Part shown: piece after piece, positions 11,484-24,408 of the stretch
Layout of the letters: each line of letters starts with the position of its first letter
Numbering within the stretch: position 1 is the stretch's first letter
NCBI RefSeq assembly: GCF_006345805.1
Contig: NC_043016.1
Span: 8,370,001-8,434,000 of the forward strand
Direction: 5' to 3'
Length of the DNA stretch: 64,000 nt
DNA from: Octopus sinensis
Taxonomy: Eukaryota
Translations under genes and position numbers: made by a program
The notes under the pieces: model-generated
The model's input: only the letters and a program-made list of their open reading frames with translations
What the model was told of the DNA's origin: nothing
The model's database searches: none

Positions 11484-12077
11484 AATTTTGGCACGAAGCC
11501 AGCAATTTCGGGGGGAGGGGCTAAGTCGATTACACTGACCCCAGTACTCAACTGGTACTTTTTTTATTGACCTTCATTATCATCATCGCTTAACGTCCAC
11601 CTTCCATGCTAGCATGGATTGGACGATTTTGACTGAGGGCTAGCAAACCAGATGGCCACACCAGGCTCCAATGTTGATCTGGCGGAGTTTCTACAGCTGG
11701 ATGCCCTTCCTAACGCCAACCACTCTGAGAGTGTAGTGGGTGCTTTTTACGTGCCACCGGCATGGGGGCCAGTCAGGCGGTACTGGCAATGACCTCGCTC
11801 GAATCTTTTTACACATGCCACCAGCACAGGTGCCAGTAAGGCAATGTTGGTAACGATCACGCTCGAATGGTGCACTTTTACATGCCGCCGGCATGGAGCC
11901 AGTTGGCTGCTCTGGCAATGATCACACTTGGATGGTGCTCTTGGCACCCTACTAGCACGGGTGATGAAAGGCAAAGTCAACCTCAGTGGTATTTGCACTC
12001 AAAATGTGAAGATGGATAAAATGCCACTTAGCATTTTGAACCCTGCTTGCTATTGATTCTACCAGCTCAGCGCCTTA
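11484..12077 (-). mobile_element. SINE B' interrupted by a family C element (11574-11961)
   Basis: B' halves ...ttttattgacc and gatgaaaggcaaagtcaacc... are separated by a C copy carrying internal subunits. Confidence 0.75.
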
Positions 12078-14262
12078 TAAAAAAAAACAAATCTATCTAT
12101 ATATATATATTGACAATACCTTAACTTGGTTACCTTCTGTAACTTAATTAACTATACAACATAAAAAACATCAACATTGTCTGTTGAAAAAATACCAATG
12201 GTGGTTATAGCAAGAAAATAACAAAAGAGAAAGAACAAAAAAAAAACAAAAAAAACAAAACAGAGAAAATAAAAACCTGAATGAAAGCAATAGGCTGGTA
12301 TTCTTAAATAATTTGTCTCTGTGTGCTTCTGAACAGGCATTGCTTGATCAGTAGCATCATCTGTTTTATGTTCAACAGTTTGGCAGTCAGGTGCCCAAAG
12401 ATCAGTAAGAACAAAGTATCTTGCTTACTAATAAATGTTGGTGACAGGAAAGGTACCGGACTGTAGAAGAATGGCTCAAGAAATCTCATCTGACCCGTGC
12501 TAGCTTGGAAAAAGTAGCATGATGATGTTGATGATGATGGAAAATTTAACCCTTTTGCTATCAACCCACTTGAGACTTCCTCTGGTTCTAAGATACAAAT
12601 TTCATGCATAAAGTGAGCTAAATTAAAATCCTCCATCCAAATTTTATGTTAATTTACATTTCAAACACCAGCTTAATTAGTCCTTTCTGTTATAGGCACA
12701 AGGGCGACAATTTTATGAGAGGGGAGATTGTTGATGACATCGACCCCAGTGCTCAACTGGTACTTATTTTATCGATCCTGAAAAGATGGAAGGCAAAGTT
12801 GACCTCAGTGGAATTTGAATGCCCTTTTTCTTGTTCTTGTATTTAAGCAATCGGAAAACATAAGGAACCAACTCAATTTACATAAATGACAATGTAACGA
12901 AGGGTATAAAAATGCTCTTTTATAGTATCAGAACCTTTTTTTTTTTTTTAAGTTCTACTCCAAACACCAGCTCAATTAGCATGAAAAGAAAAAGTGTACT
13001 AACTCTATGACACTTCGAAATTCTTAATTATTCAGAAAAAAAAAAGTATATGAAAATAACACAAGCTCTCTATTCTTAAAAATATGTTCAAAGAAAAACG
13101 TTCATTAAAAAAAACGAAAAAAAAAACCCCCAAAAAACAAACTTACCTGATAAAGTATTCAACTCTTATAAAGAGGGAGGGAGAGAAAGACACACATATG
13201 TACACACAGAGTGTGGCATTTAATATTATATATGTTACAGTGTAATTGATACTTAGTACGGCCAACCACCCCACCCAGACAAACTTAGTGCAGGGTGGGG
13301 TGGAAAAAAACAGCTTTTCAAGCTGTTGAACACTTTACTTCTGTGAGGCCAGCTGTTGAACATTAAAACCACACTTAGTAACAACAACCTGCCAGTTTTT
13401 TCTAACAATGATTTTATAACAGAACATAAAACCCAAGTCACATTGATCTGCAGAGCTTATTAAACTGCTTTATTATTATTGTTATCCTTTTCTTCCTTTA
13501 TTTATACCAATAGCAGGTCTGCTCTAATGACATATTATTACCACTGACAATATTTTTTATTCGGACTGAATCCGCAAATGCAACTTTTATTACCCACAAT
13601 TTTGGCCAAAGCAACACAACACAAAAACCAGATTAGGTATGTTACTCTAATTCGCCTCTCCACTGTTTAAGAGTTCAGACACAGTTTGCAGTGATTTTAC
13701 CGTTCATTCCCCCTAAGGTAAATTACAGAAAAGAAAATTCTACATTGCATTCTATTCCTCACAGGATCCCCTTCATGAAGACATCAGCAGCTTCTGTGTA
13801 TCTAAATGTAAACCAAATCCATCAACTAGATTGAGATCAACCAACCTGATGCCTCACTCACAGAGAAATGGCAATTCCAACTCAGTGCTGCACATTAAGG
13901 AAATGCTCGTTAATTAAAAAGACCTCCTGCTCCTTACAGTAATTAAGTGTTCAGAGTTTAACTATCGTTAGACGTACTGAGTTCCTAAGCATTACATTTC
14001 TTGATCATGGACTCAGTGCACAATTGCTGACTATTCAGTTGATTGATGTTATTAGCTCAATTAACAGCAAACCTATACCAGTAATACACTGCTGTCAATT
14101 CAAATGATTATGGAAACAAACACAAACCAATTAATAAAAGAAAGAGGATTAGAAATAGATCTTCCCCAATACAAAATACCAGCCCATCACAAGTAGAACC
14201 TAGAGCTTATTTCCCTCCATAAAACCAGGAATAAATTTTCCCCCTTAAAACCTGAAACTTAT

Positions 14263-14444
14263 ATGTGCACGACCACCCTTGGACAGTTTTAAATGACCAT
14301 AGAAAGTGCAAGCCCCTAACTGAAAAAATGTGGATTTGTATAAAGGACACACACACAAGTGTGCTTTATACAAATCCACAATTTTTTTTAGGGGCTTGCA
14401 CTTTCTATGGTCATTCAAAACCATCGAAGGGTGGTCGTGCACAT
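14263..14444. mobile_element. Long foldback (hairpin) element / MITE
   Basis: Arms atgtgcacgaccaccctt...gtggatttgtataaag and ctttatacaaatccac...aagggtggtcgtgcacat are near-perfect reverse complements over ~85 bp. Confidence 0.8.
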
Positions 14445-14973
14445 CTTTACATTTCCCCAGTCACCCTGCAAAGCCATTAAAAAATCAATAGAAGTGACTT
14501 TTTTGTGAATTTTCTATCCAAAACCCAATCAAAATGCCAGAAACTTGATATGTCAATTGAATGCCAGCTAGCTGTATGTGATTGGTCAGAGATTTGGACA
14601 GTACTCGCGTGTATGTGTGCACGCATGCAGCTGTATATGCATGCACTAGCACTATGACCTGGCAACACCGGGTCATAGTGCTAGTGTTCTATAAATGACA
14701 AAACTATTTTACATTGAAAAGTAAAATCAGAACATCTCATACACTAACCAGGATCCATTAAAATACTAGATCCACGAATTTTCTAGGCTAGGTACAATCC
14801 TCAAAATAAATAACTAAAATAAAAAAAAAGAGCAACTGAAGAACTCAGGATGAGAAAATTTATAAAGTAGCTCTTTTATAACATGTACTGCATTAACCCT
14901 ATCACATTCGGATGATTCAGTCAAATACAATGCTTATTCCTTTACACATTATTTCATAGCTTTGAGATTTTGA

Positions 14974-15495
14974 CATCATCATCACCATCATCGTTTGATG
15001 TCCGCTTTCCATGCTAGCATGGGTTGGACGATTTTGACTGAGGGCTGGCAAACCAGATGGCTGCAACAGGCCTCAATCTTGATCTGGCAGAGTTTCTACA
15101 GTTGGATGCCCTTCCTAACATCAACCACTCCAAGAGTGTAGTGGGTGCTTTTTACGTGTCACCGGCACGGGGGCCAGTCAAGCGGTACTAGCAACGACCT
15201 CACTTGAATCTTTTACACATGCCACCGGCGCGGGTGCCAGTAAGGCAATGCTGGTAACGATCATGCTCGAATGGTGTCCTTTTATGTACCACCGGCACGG
15301 AGAACAGATAGCTGCTCTGGCAGCGATCATGCTCGGATGGTGCTCTTAATACCCTACTAGCACGGGGCTCGAGTGCCAGTAGTGCAACGCTGGTAACGAT
15401 CACGCTAACCGGCTTCCATGCCAGTTAGCCGTTCTGTCAATGATCAGACTCGTATGGTGCTCTTTGTACCCTGTTAGCACAGATGCCAGTCATCG
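14974..15495 (-). mobile_element. Family C element, long copy
   Basis: (cat)n tail plus several ggtgcttttacgtg/tggtaacgatcacgctc subunits. Confidence 0.8.
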
Positions 15496-16028
15496 AAGTG
15501 GTTGTTAATTTTTAGAATGACATTTGAGGGTAGGTGTGGGAAGCTGGATTTGGTGGGTTTGAACACAAACTAAGAACAACAATTTGGACCAGATGTAGAC
15601 AGTTTGAATGTGAACTTTGTGGTTTAGAGGTTATCCAATTGTTTTAGAGAGCATTTGTTGGATATCTGAAAGACTAACAATGGAACACTTACAACAATTG
15701 CCTGCTGCACTTCAGTTATCCCAGGCACTCACAACTTCATCTTGCTGTTTGCAGTTTCTTGTAACACTACAGTGCTTCCATTTCCCAGCACGGTTAAAAA
15801 CACTGGTTAATTTTCATCTAACCACCTTCACTGAGAAACCCCCATACTTGTATTCATTTCATCCCTTTTCCACCCAGCCAGCCACATGGTACCTTGTTTC
15901 ATGGCTAAAAACTCACTGGCTTCTTACCCATCTTATTAAATCAATATCATATACATCTCATTATGCCATATTAGGTTGATATCATACTACTGCATTATGC
16001 CAATACCACACTGGCTGTTGTCGTTGTT

Positions 16029-16365
16029 GAGACCCCCTTTGGTCATGACTGACCATGGGATTGCACCTAGAAAGTTACCCTCCCAGACACAAGTCTGGGC
16101 AAGTTTGTTTGTGGAAGACCAGCAGTCGCCCATGCATACCGTCTTCCCCTCTCCACACCACTGATGCTATCCAAGGAAAAGGCAAAGGAGCCGACAGAGC
16201 TTGGCACCAGTGATGTCACAACTCATTTTTATAGCTGAGTGAACTGGAGCAACGTGAAATAAAGTGTCTTGCTCAAGAACACAACACGCAGCCCGGTCCG
16301 GGATTCGAACTTACAACTCTCGATCGTAAGCTCGTCACTCTAACCACTGAGCCATGTACTTTCAC
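16029..16365 (-). mobile_element. SINE family D
   Basis: Same body and tRNA-like head as 8845-9167. Confidence 0.8.
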
Positions 16366-16599
16366 TACACCGGCACACATACTATTACAATACTATATTC
16401 ATATTGCTCAAAGAATTACCACTACCTTCCATCAATTTCAGTTTCTCTTTCTCTTTCATATACACATGCACATACTCACACAATTACTCACAAAATAATT
16501 TTTTACACATACTCACAAAATAATTTTTTTTAGAAGATATGGTATCACATTCTTTACATGTTATTAATTTATAGCTGTTCAACTATGAAAAATGAGTTG

Positions 16600-17125
16600 G
16601 CACTTTGGACTAATGTCTTGTACTACAGCCTTGGGCTGACCAAAAGCCTTGTGAGTGGATTTGGTAAATGGAAACTGAAAAAAGCCCATCGTGTGTATGT
16701 GTGCATGTATTTTTTGTGTTTGTTTGTCACTAGCCTATTTCTTTACTACCCACAAGGGGATAAACGCAGAGAGAACAAACAAGGACAGACAAACGGAGTA
16801 AGTCAATTATATCGACCCCAGTACGTAACTGGTACTTATTTAATCGACCACGAAAGAATGAAAGGCAAAGTTGACCTTGGCAGAATTTGAACTCAGAATG
16901 TAACGACAGACAAAATACCACTAAGCATTTCGCTAGGCGTACTAACGTTTCTCACTAACCACCGCTTGACAATTGGTGTTGGTTTGTTTACATCCCTATA
17001 ACTTAGCAGTTCAGTAAAAGAGATATGTAAAAGGAAAAAAAAGTACCGGGGTTGATTTGTTCTAAATTCTTCAAGAGCAGTGCCTCAGCATAACTGCAGT
17101 CCTCTGACTGAAACATGTATAAGAC
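16600..17125 (+). mobile_element. SINE A interrupted by SINE B (-, ~16739-16951)
   Basis: Family A halves flank a B copy, with TSD-like tcactagcc / tcactaacc. Confidence 0.7.
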
Positions 17126-17157
17126 AAAGGATAAAAAAACATCCATACAACTATCTG

Positions 17158-17384
17158 TTTCTTTATTGCCCACAAGGGGCTAAACACATAGTAGAGGGGA
17201 CAAACAAGGACAGACAAATGGATAAAGTCGATTACATCGACCACAGTGTGTAACTGGTACTTATTTAATCGACCCCGAAAGTATGAAAGGCAAAGTCGAC
17301 CTCGGCGAAATTTGAACTCAGAAAGACGAAATACGGCTACGCATTTCGCCCAGCGTGCTAACGTTTCTGCCAGCTTGCCACCTT
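17158..17384 (-). mobile_element. SINE family B monomer
   Basis: 16-bp TSD tccatacaactatctg on both sides. Confidence 0.85.
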
Positions 17385-17411
17385 CCATACAACTATCTGC
17401 ATGTCTGTCTG

Positions 17412-17448
<37 letters not shown>

Positions 17449-17845
17449 AAACAAACACAATATAATTAACATTAAATACTGATGAATTTGGGAAAAGAAG
17501 TTAAGTTAAAAAATTAATTATTTACTGAAATAACCATTTTGTTCTATGGCAGCCATTTCATCTTCTGCATAATTTCTTGTAGGTGGAAGAAAGGAAAAGC
17601 CAGTAAGAATGTCATGGTCTCTCAATCTGTTTCTTGTTGCGATGTGAATATAATCATACATACACACATCACAAAACTACACACACACACACACACACAA
17701 TGAATTTAATAGATTTGTGTATCTGCGTTACAGCTAGCATGGAGAGACAGTGGAAAAATAAAACCAAGTCACCTATTGAAATACATACATATGTATAACA
17801 CTAGTATAATCTACCTATGTTAGTATTTCTTTACAATACATATGT

Positions 17846-17903
<58 letters not shown>

Positions 17904-18201
17904 TCTCTTTGTATTTATATATCACAATGTGTATGTGTATGTGTGTTGCTCTGAATTTCATTGGACCCTTTTGCTAATTGTTTAGAACATCATAAAAATA
18001 TATTTTCAAATATAATTATCAAATATTTATCCATATGATAGGTTGATTAATTGCCACACACACACACACACGTGTGTGCTTGTATATATATATATATATA
18101 TATATACACACAAATATACATATATATATATAGAACCTGTCATCGTTTCTCCGAACACCCCTCCCCACTGGTGCTCCCCTATATTCCTGCCCCCCCCCCC
18201 C

Positions 18202-18519
18202 CCACATAAAAAGCACCATCCGAACGTGGCCGATGCCAGCACCGCCCCGACTGGCTTCTGTGCAGGTGGCACATAAAAAGCACCAACCGACCGTGGCCAA
18301 TGCCAGACCCCTCTGGGTCCTGTGCAGGTGGCACGTAAAATGCACCCACTACACTCGCGGAGTGGTTGGCGTTAGGAAGGGCATCCAGCTGTAGAAACAC
18401 TGCCAGACCAGACTGGAGCCTGGGGCAGCCTTCTGGCTCCCCAGACCCCGGTCGAACCGTCCAACCCGTGCTAGCGCGGAAAACGGACGTTAAATGATGA
18501 TGATGATGATGATGATGAT
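18202..18519 (+). mobile_element. Family C element
   Basis: Subunits ataaaaagcacc...ggccgatgccagc plus conserved tail and (GAT)n. Confidence 0.8.
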
Positions 18520-18639
18520 ATATATATATGGTACAAAGTAAGATAGGGGTTATGGATGTAACCAACTATGGGATATCAATTATGTAATATCTGTAAGTTG
18601 ATGAACAAACTGAATTTGTTTCTCCATTTTCTTATTTGT

Positions 18640-18812
18640 ATTATATACACACACACACACACATATATATATGTATATATATATATACACACATATATAT
18701 ATATGTATGCATATATATATATGTGTGTGTGTATACATGTGTATATATACAAATATATATGTGTATATGTATTTATATATATATATGTGTGTGTATATAT
18801 AGATAGATAGAT
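18640..18812. repeat. Compound (TA)/(CA)/(TG) microsatellite
   Basis: Direct reading. Confidence 0.9.
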
Positions 18813-18859
18813 ACACATTAAGAGGGTTTGTATTAAAAAATGGCTTCTCATGTTACCAC

Positions 18860-18890
<31 letters not shown>

Positions 18891-19361
18891 AACATGCACT
18901 AAGCAGAAAAACGATTAAAAATACATTTATATTTCACACATTGAAGCACACTCAAAAGTTGGAAGACCTTTGCTGTGATAACAGTCCCTGAAGAGAAATT
19001 CTCCTTATAGACAACATGTGTGAAAATACGTCACACTGGGCTATGAATGATGTTACGAAGACTGTAGGACATGCTTCTGTGTGTTGTTATGCTTCATCAG
19101 CTAGAGACTCCAAATCTGTCAATCATAGCCCAGTCTTACATGTAAACAGCAAATAATAAGACTGCTGGTGTGTACAAAGCTTTATCAAGCTGGAATTAAT
19201 TAACAGAAGGCAGACTAAGCAATGATAATTAAAATAAATATGTATACAATTGTATCTAATATGTTCATACATGTATCCATGTTTATAGGTATATACATAT
19301 ATACGTGTGTGTGCATGTGTGTGTACATATGTCTCTCTCTCTCTCTCTCTGTGGCCTATTC

Positions 19362-19974
19362 CAGGAGTGTGACCAACCCACTTATGTGTTCCTTTCCCTC
19401 ATTGGACACTAAACCCTGCTTGCGAAGACCTGTTGAGGTAAGTGAAATCAAAATCAAATTCGATGACTGGCATCTGTGCAAGTGGAGCGCTAAGAGCATC
19501 ATCCGAGCATGATCATTGCCAGTGCAGCTACCTGGCTTCTGTGCTGGTGGCACGTAAAAAGCACCATTCGAGTGTAATTGTTACCAGCGTTGCCTTACTG
19601 GCACTTGTGCCAATGGAACGGGAAAAAACATTCGAGCGAGGTTGTTGCCAGTGCAAGGTTGTTGCCAGTGCGAAGTTGTTGCCAGTGCTGCTGGACTGGC
19701 TCCTGTGCAGGTGGCACGTAAAAAAACACCATTTGAGCGCGGTCGTTGCCAGTACCGCCTGACTGGTCCTCATGCCGGTAGCATGTAAAAGCATCCACTA
19801 CACTCTCAGAGTGGTTGGCATTAGGAAGGGCATCCAGCTGTAGAAACTCTGCCAGATCAAGATTGGAGCCTGGTGCAGCCATCTGGTTCGCCAGTCCTCA
19901 GTCAAATCGTCCAACCCATGCTAGCATGGAAAGCAGACATTAAACGATGTTGTTGATGGTGATGATGATTATGA
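19362..19974 (+). mobile_element. Family C element, near full length
   Basis: 5' module ccaacccacttatgtgttcctttccctcattggacactaaac...gcgaagacctgttgagg shared with 45022-45630, then a subunit array and the conserved tail. Confidence 0.8.
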
Positions 19975-19975
19975 T

Positions 19976-20037
<62 letters not shown>

Positions 20038-21187
20038 TATTTTAAATAGATACACTGCGAACCCATTTCATAAGAAGCAGCTAAAACTGTTGGTGATTGC
20101 AAGAGAATCCAGCCTGTGAAATGAGAAATATGCGCAAACACACACAAGCATATACATTTATAGACCTACATGCACACAAAATCATATATGTACACACACG
20201 CACTATATATGCAAACATGCGCATGGTCATACACACAAAGATATCCATGTGTATGCACAAACTATATATACATACACATATATACATTTGTACATATTTT
20301 TGTACACACACACACACACACACACACACATATCCTCATTGTTCATTTGGTTTCTGCAAAGTGCATCTGTGTGTGTTGTTGGTGATAGTGATGGTGTTGG
20401 TGGTAGAAATGATGGTTTTGGTGGTAGCAGTGATGGTGCTGTCAGTGGTAGTGATGGCGGTAGCAAGGAAGGTAGAGAAATCCCTTGAAAGCTTTGACAT
20501 TGACAATGATTTTGGTGCCTTGGTTATCATTACTCTCTCTCCATAACAGTCGTTTCCTGCCGCCACCACCACCACCGCCGCCGCCACCACTCCCCACTCG
20601 TATCCAGTCCGCAGAATCGATTCTAACCACATGACCTTACTATAACCAGGTATCTATCGCCTGATGTCTCTAAGGTGAAAGCAACTTTCTTAGCCAACCA
20701 AACTTATTGATTTTTCTTTCTTTCATTCTATTTTCTTTTTACTTTTAATTTCTTTTCTTTTTTTTTTATTATTTTTCTTTTTATTTTTATTCCTTCTTCC
20801 TGATTTGGAGTAATTCAGCCATCTTGTAACCTTTTTCGTGGAATTTATCACAGAAATCTTTCACGAGAAAACACACCTGACGACTGCATCAAATATTTTT
20901 ACCAATTTTGGCAAGAGAAGGAAAAAAAAAAAAACAAAAACAAAACAAAACAAAACAAAAAAAAAAATCCATTACTTTCTTGTTACTATAGCAAACCTGG
21001 TTGCGCCATGAAGTGGCCACACAATTAATTGCTTGCAAGGTTAGAGTGCCAAATATACTCGCAGACTTTCCACACTTGTAAACACAGTAGATGTGTTGCT
21101 ATAGTCACCTCACTCTGTCTAAAAACTATGTACATCCATCTTTGCCAATGTGTTAACAAAGAATACAGGGAACATGAAATAATGAAC

Positions 21188-21219
<32 letters not shown>

Positions 21220-21613
21220 CAAACACACTCACTTGCCTAACATATTAACATATTTCTATTAAAACACAGTGCCTTTGTTTCAATTAATTTTTAGAATTAT
21301 CCTTTTGTCTCGTTTCAGTCCTTGGACTGTGGCCATGCCTGGGCAGTATATCGAAGGGTTTAGCTGAACAAAAACATAAGTGTACCTACCAGTAGCTTTT
21401 TTTTCTCCTTAACCTGGTACCTACCTTAGTGTATCAGTCGTTAAGTCATGGTGAGGGAGACAAACGCAAAAAACACACTCACACAGATATAAATATTGAA
21501 GATATCTCTGTACACACACACATAATGGGATTCTTACTTCCTTCAACCAAATCCCCTCACAAGGGTGTCAGCTCAGGGCTATAGAAGGAGACACTTGGCC
21601 AAGGTACTGTACC

Positions 21614-21843
21614 GGCGGCGAGCTGGCAGAAACGTTAGCGCGCCAGGCGAAATGTTTGGCGGTATTTCATCTGCTGCTACGTTCTGAGTTCAAATTCCGC
21701 CGAGGTCGACTTTACCTTTCATCCCTTCGGGGTCGATAAATTAAATACCAGTTACGTACTGGGGTCGGTGTAATCCACTTAATCCCTTTGTCTGTCCTTG
21801 TTTGTCCCCTCTATGTTTAGCCCCTTGTGGGCATTAAAGAAAT
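21614..21843 (+). mobile_element. SINE family B inserted in an older SINE A (-)
   Basis: ggcggcgagctggcagaaacgttagc...ccccttgtgggcattaaagaaata, TSD-like actgtac. Confidence 0.8.
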
Positions 21844-22594
21844 AACTGTACAGTAGGATTGAACCAAAGACCACGTGTTTGAGGAGCGAGCTTCTTACCC
21901 ACACAACCAAGAAGCTGGGTGTTTGGTGCATATATAAATATGACATTTTCTTGGAAGGCTTTAATTTAGATCACTTTAAAAGCAGGAAGTTTGTGTCAGA
22001 GAACCAGGGGCAGTCTCGGGTAGGTTGGTATCAAAAAGGTTTGCATTGTAACAGGCCTTTATTTTATGATATTGATGTTTCACATTTATATAACACGAAC
22101 CAATATGTATTCCCAATGTAGCTATTCGATATGCCAGAAATAGCAGCTGAATCTGTGTTGGATTAAACTTTACTATCTTAAATAGAAAAGAATTTTCCTC
22201 TGTATATATGCAACTTGGGCTGACCTTTGGTAAAACAACAACACATTTACATACACACATGATCACAGACTATCAGATGTTATACATCACTGGTCACAAT
22301 GCGCTTTGCATTGTTTGAGCTCTTAAATGACGCCACCCCACTGGCTAGGCAAGTAGGTTGACCTCACCTCTGATCAGAAGGCTATTCTGTCACAGGGGTT
22401 CCTATCTACAGTTGAGTGGACTGGGACAGCGTGAAATGAAGTGATTTGCTCAAGAACTCCCGGTCCAGGATTTGAACACATGATCTAGGAATCAGGAGTG
22501 CAATGCCCTAACCACTAGTCCACAAGCCTTCACATATATGCACACACACACATTTATGAAATCAGTACTGCTGTTACTAAAGTCGCTGCTTATT

Positions 22595-22981
22595 TGTTTG
22601 TTTGTTTGTTTGTTGAGCGAAGCGGTCTTCATCCCAGAGTGGGAGAAGTCCGAATCGTGGTCCTTTGCTATTCGTAAGACCTGCAGAAGAGAAAGCAGGT
22701 CACCCCCCCCCCCCGACACCGAGAGCATCGACAGATGGATGAATGCGCATCCAGGCTCAGCGGTTGCATAGGAAGTCGGGGACAAGAAACAGGAAGAAAG
22801 AGTGAGAGAAAGTTGGAGCGAAAGAGTACAACAGGGGTTGCCACCACCCCCTGCTGGAGCCTCATGGAGCTTTAGGTGTTTTCGCTCAATAAATACACAC
22901 AACGCCCAGTCTGGGAATTGAAACCGTGATCCTCCGACCGCGAGTCTGCTACCCTAACCACTGGGCTATTGCACCTCCACT
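22595..22981 (-). mobile_element. tRNA-derived SINE family E, tail type 1
   Basis: Reverse complement starts gtggaggtgcaatagcccagtggttagggtagcagactcgcggtcgg...gtttcaattcccagactggg and ends in (AAAC)n. Confidence 0.75.
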
Positions 22982-23977
22982 GACATCGCTACCGCTGCTA
23001 CAACAACAACAACTACTACTACTACTACATGATGTACTCAGGCACTGTTGAGTGATGTGTAGTAAATTCTTGGTGTATGACAAACATTTAACTTACTTTG
23101 CCCACCTTAAAATTCTTATTAATTAGCTCCAAGTCATCTCTGATCAAACTGAGCTGTGGTTAAAGGAAAAGTTCAATTTTTGACATCTAATCTTTTGTTT
23201 GGACTTGGTGCATAGCATATCTAGGAGAACACTTCTCTGATGTTTCCACTTCCAGAAGTCTGTGGAGTTGTGATCCGATGAAGATTTTGATTTGATCAGT
23301 ATTTCTTGCAGGTTGAGCAACCGTATAGAGACTTCCTCGTTAGTTTCAAGGTGCTGTGATTTTGGGGAGTACGCCAAGCTTGGGTGGAGGGGTGGGGGTG
23401 ATCACTTTCTGTGGTGTGTCACTGTCAAGTTAAATGTAACTGACATTCAGTGTCACAAATGTTGGACAACGAGGAAGATCCAATTAGAATCGGAATGAAC
23501 CTTCCCTTGCAATTTGATGCAAGATCACAGGATGAGAGGGCGGATGCTGCTCTGCAGAAAAAAAAAATCATTTGATCTTTTTCTGTAAGACATGGATTGA
23601 AAACATCTCCCCACCACCACCACCACCACCACCACCACTAAGTTCTCAACTCACTTCACAAAAAAAAAAAACCAATGACAATGACATATGCACACAAAAA
23701 AAAAGCTGTTCAAATACAATGAAAGAAAAAAAAAATCGAACAACTGTAACAGGTTCAATAATGATACAAAAAAGAAATGAAAAAAAAAAAGGAAAAAAAT
23801 CTGTCAACAGTCGGCAGGTTGTGGAGTTGTCATTTATTGATTGTTGAACAGGAGAAGACATACTGATGAGTATAAAATAGAAATAATCAAGATTTATTTT
23901 GTTATAAACTTATACAATCATTAAGTAACAGTGATGTGTGGTTCATTGATGAATTTTTCTCTAAGGAAAAATATTTC

Positions 23978-24408
23978 GTGTGGTAAGTAGCTTGTTTACC
24001 AACCACATGGTTCCGAGTTCAGTCCCACTCCGTGGCACCTTGGGCAAGTGTCTTCTATACTATAGCCTCGGGTTGACCAAAGCCTTGTGAGTAGATTTGG
24101 TAGACGGAAACTGAAAGAAGCCCATCGTATATATGTATGTATATAATATATATATATATCTATAATATATATATATATATATATATGTATTTGTGGTGTG
24201 TGTGTGTTTGTGTCTGTATTTGTCCCCCTAGCATTGCTTGACCCGATGCTGGTGTGTTTATGTCCCCGTCACTTAGCGGTTTGGCAAAAGGGACCGATAG
24301 AATAGTACTGGGCTTACAAAGAATAAGTCCTGGGGTCGAGTTGCTCGATTAAAGGCGGTGCTCCAGCATGGCCGCAGTCAAAATGACTGAAACAAGTAAA
24401 AGAGTAAA
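23978..24408 (+). mobile_element. SINE family A
   Basis: Complete head-microsatellite-tail organisation. Confidence 0.85.

Noticed and set aside
12379-17602. + strand micro-exon candidates (12379-12404, 17583-17602)
   Set aside because: Splice signals are good, but the segments are too short to evaluate and form no supported chain. They illustrate the chance rate for such calls.
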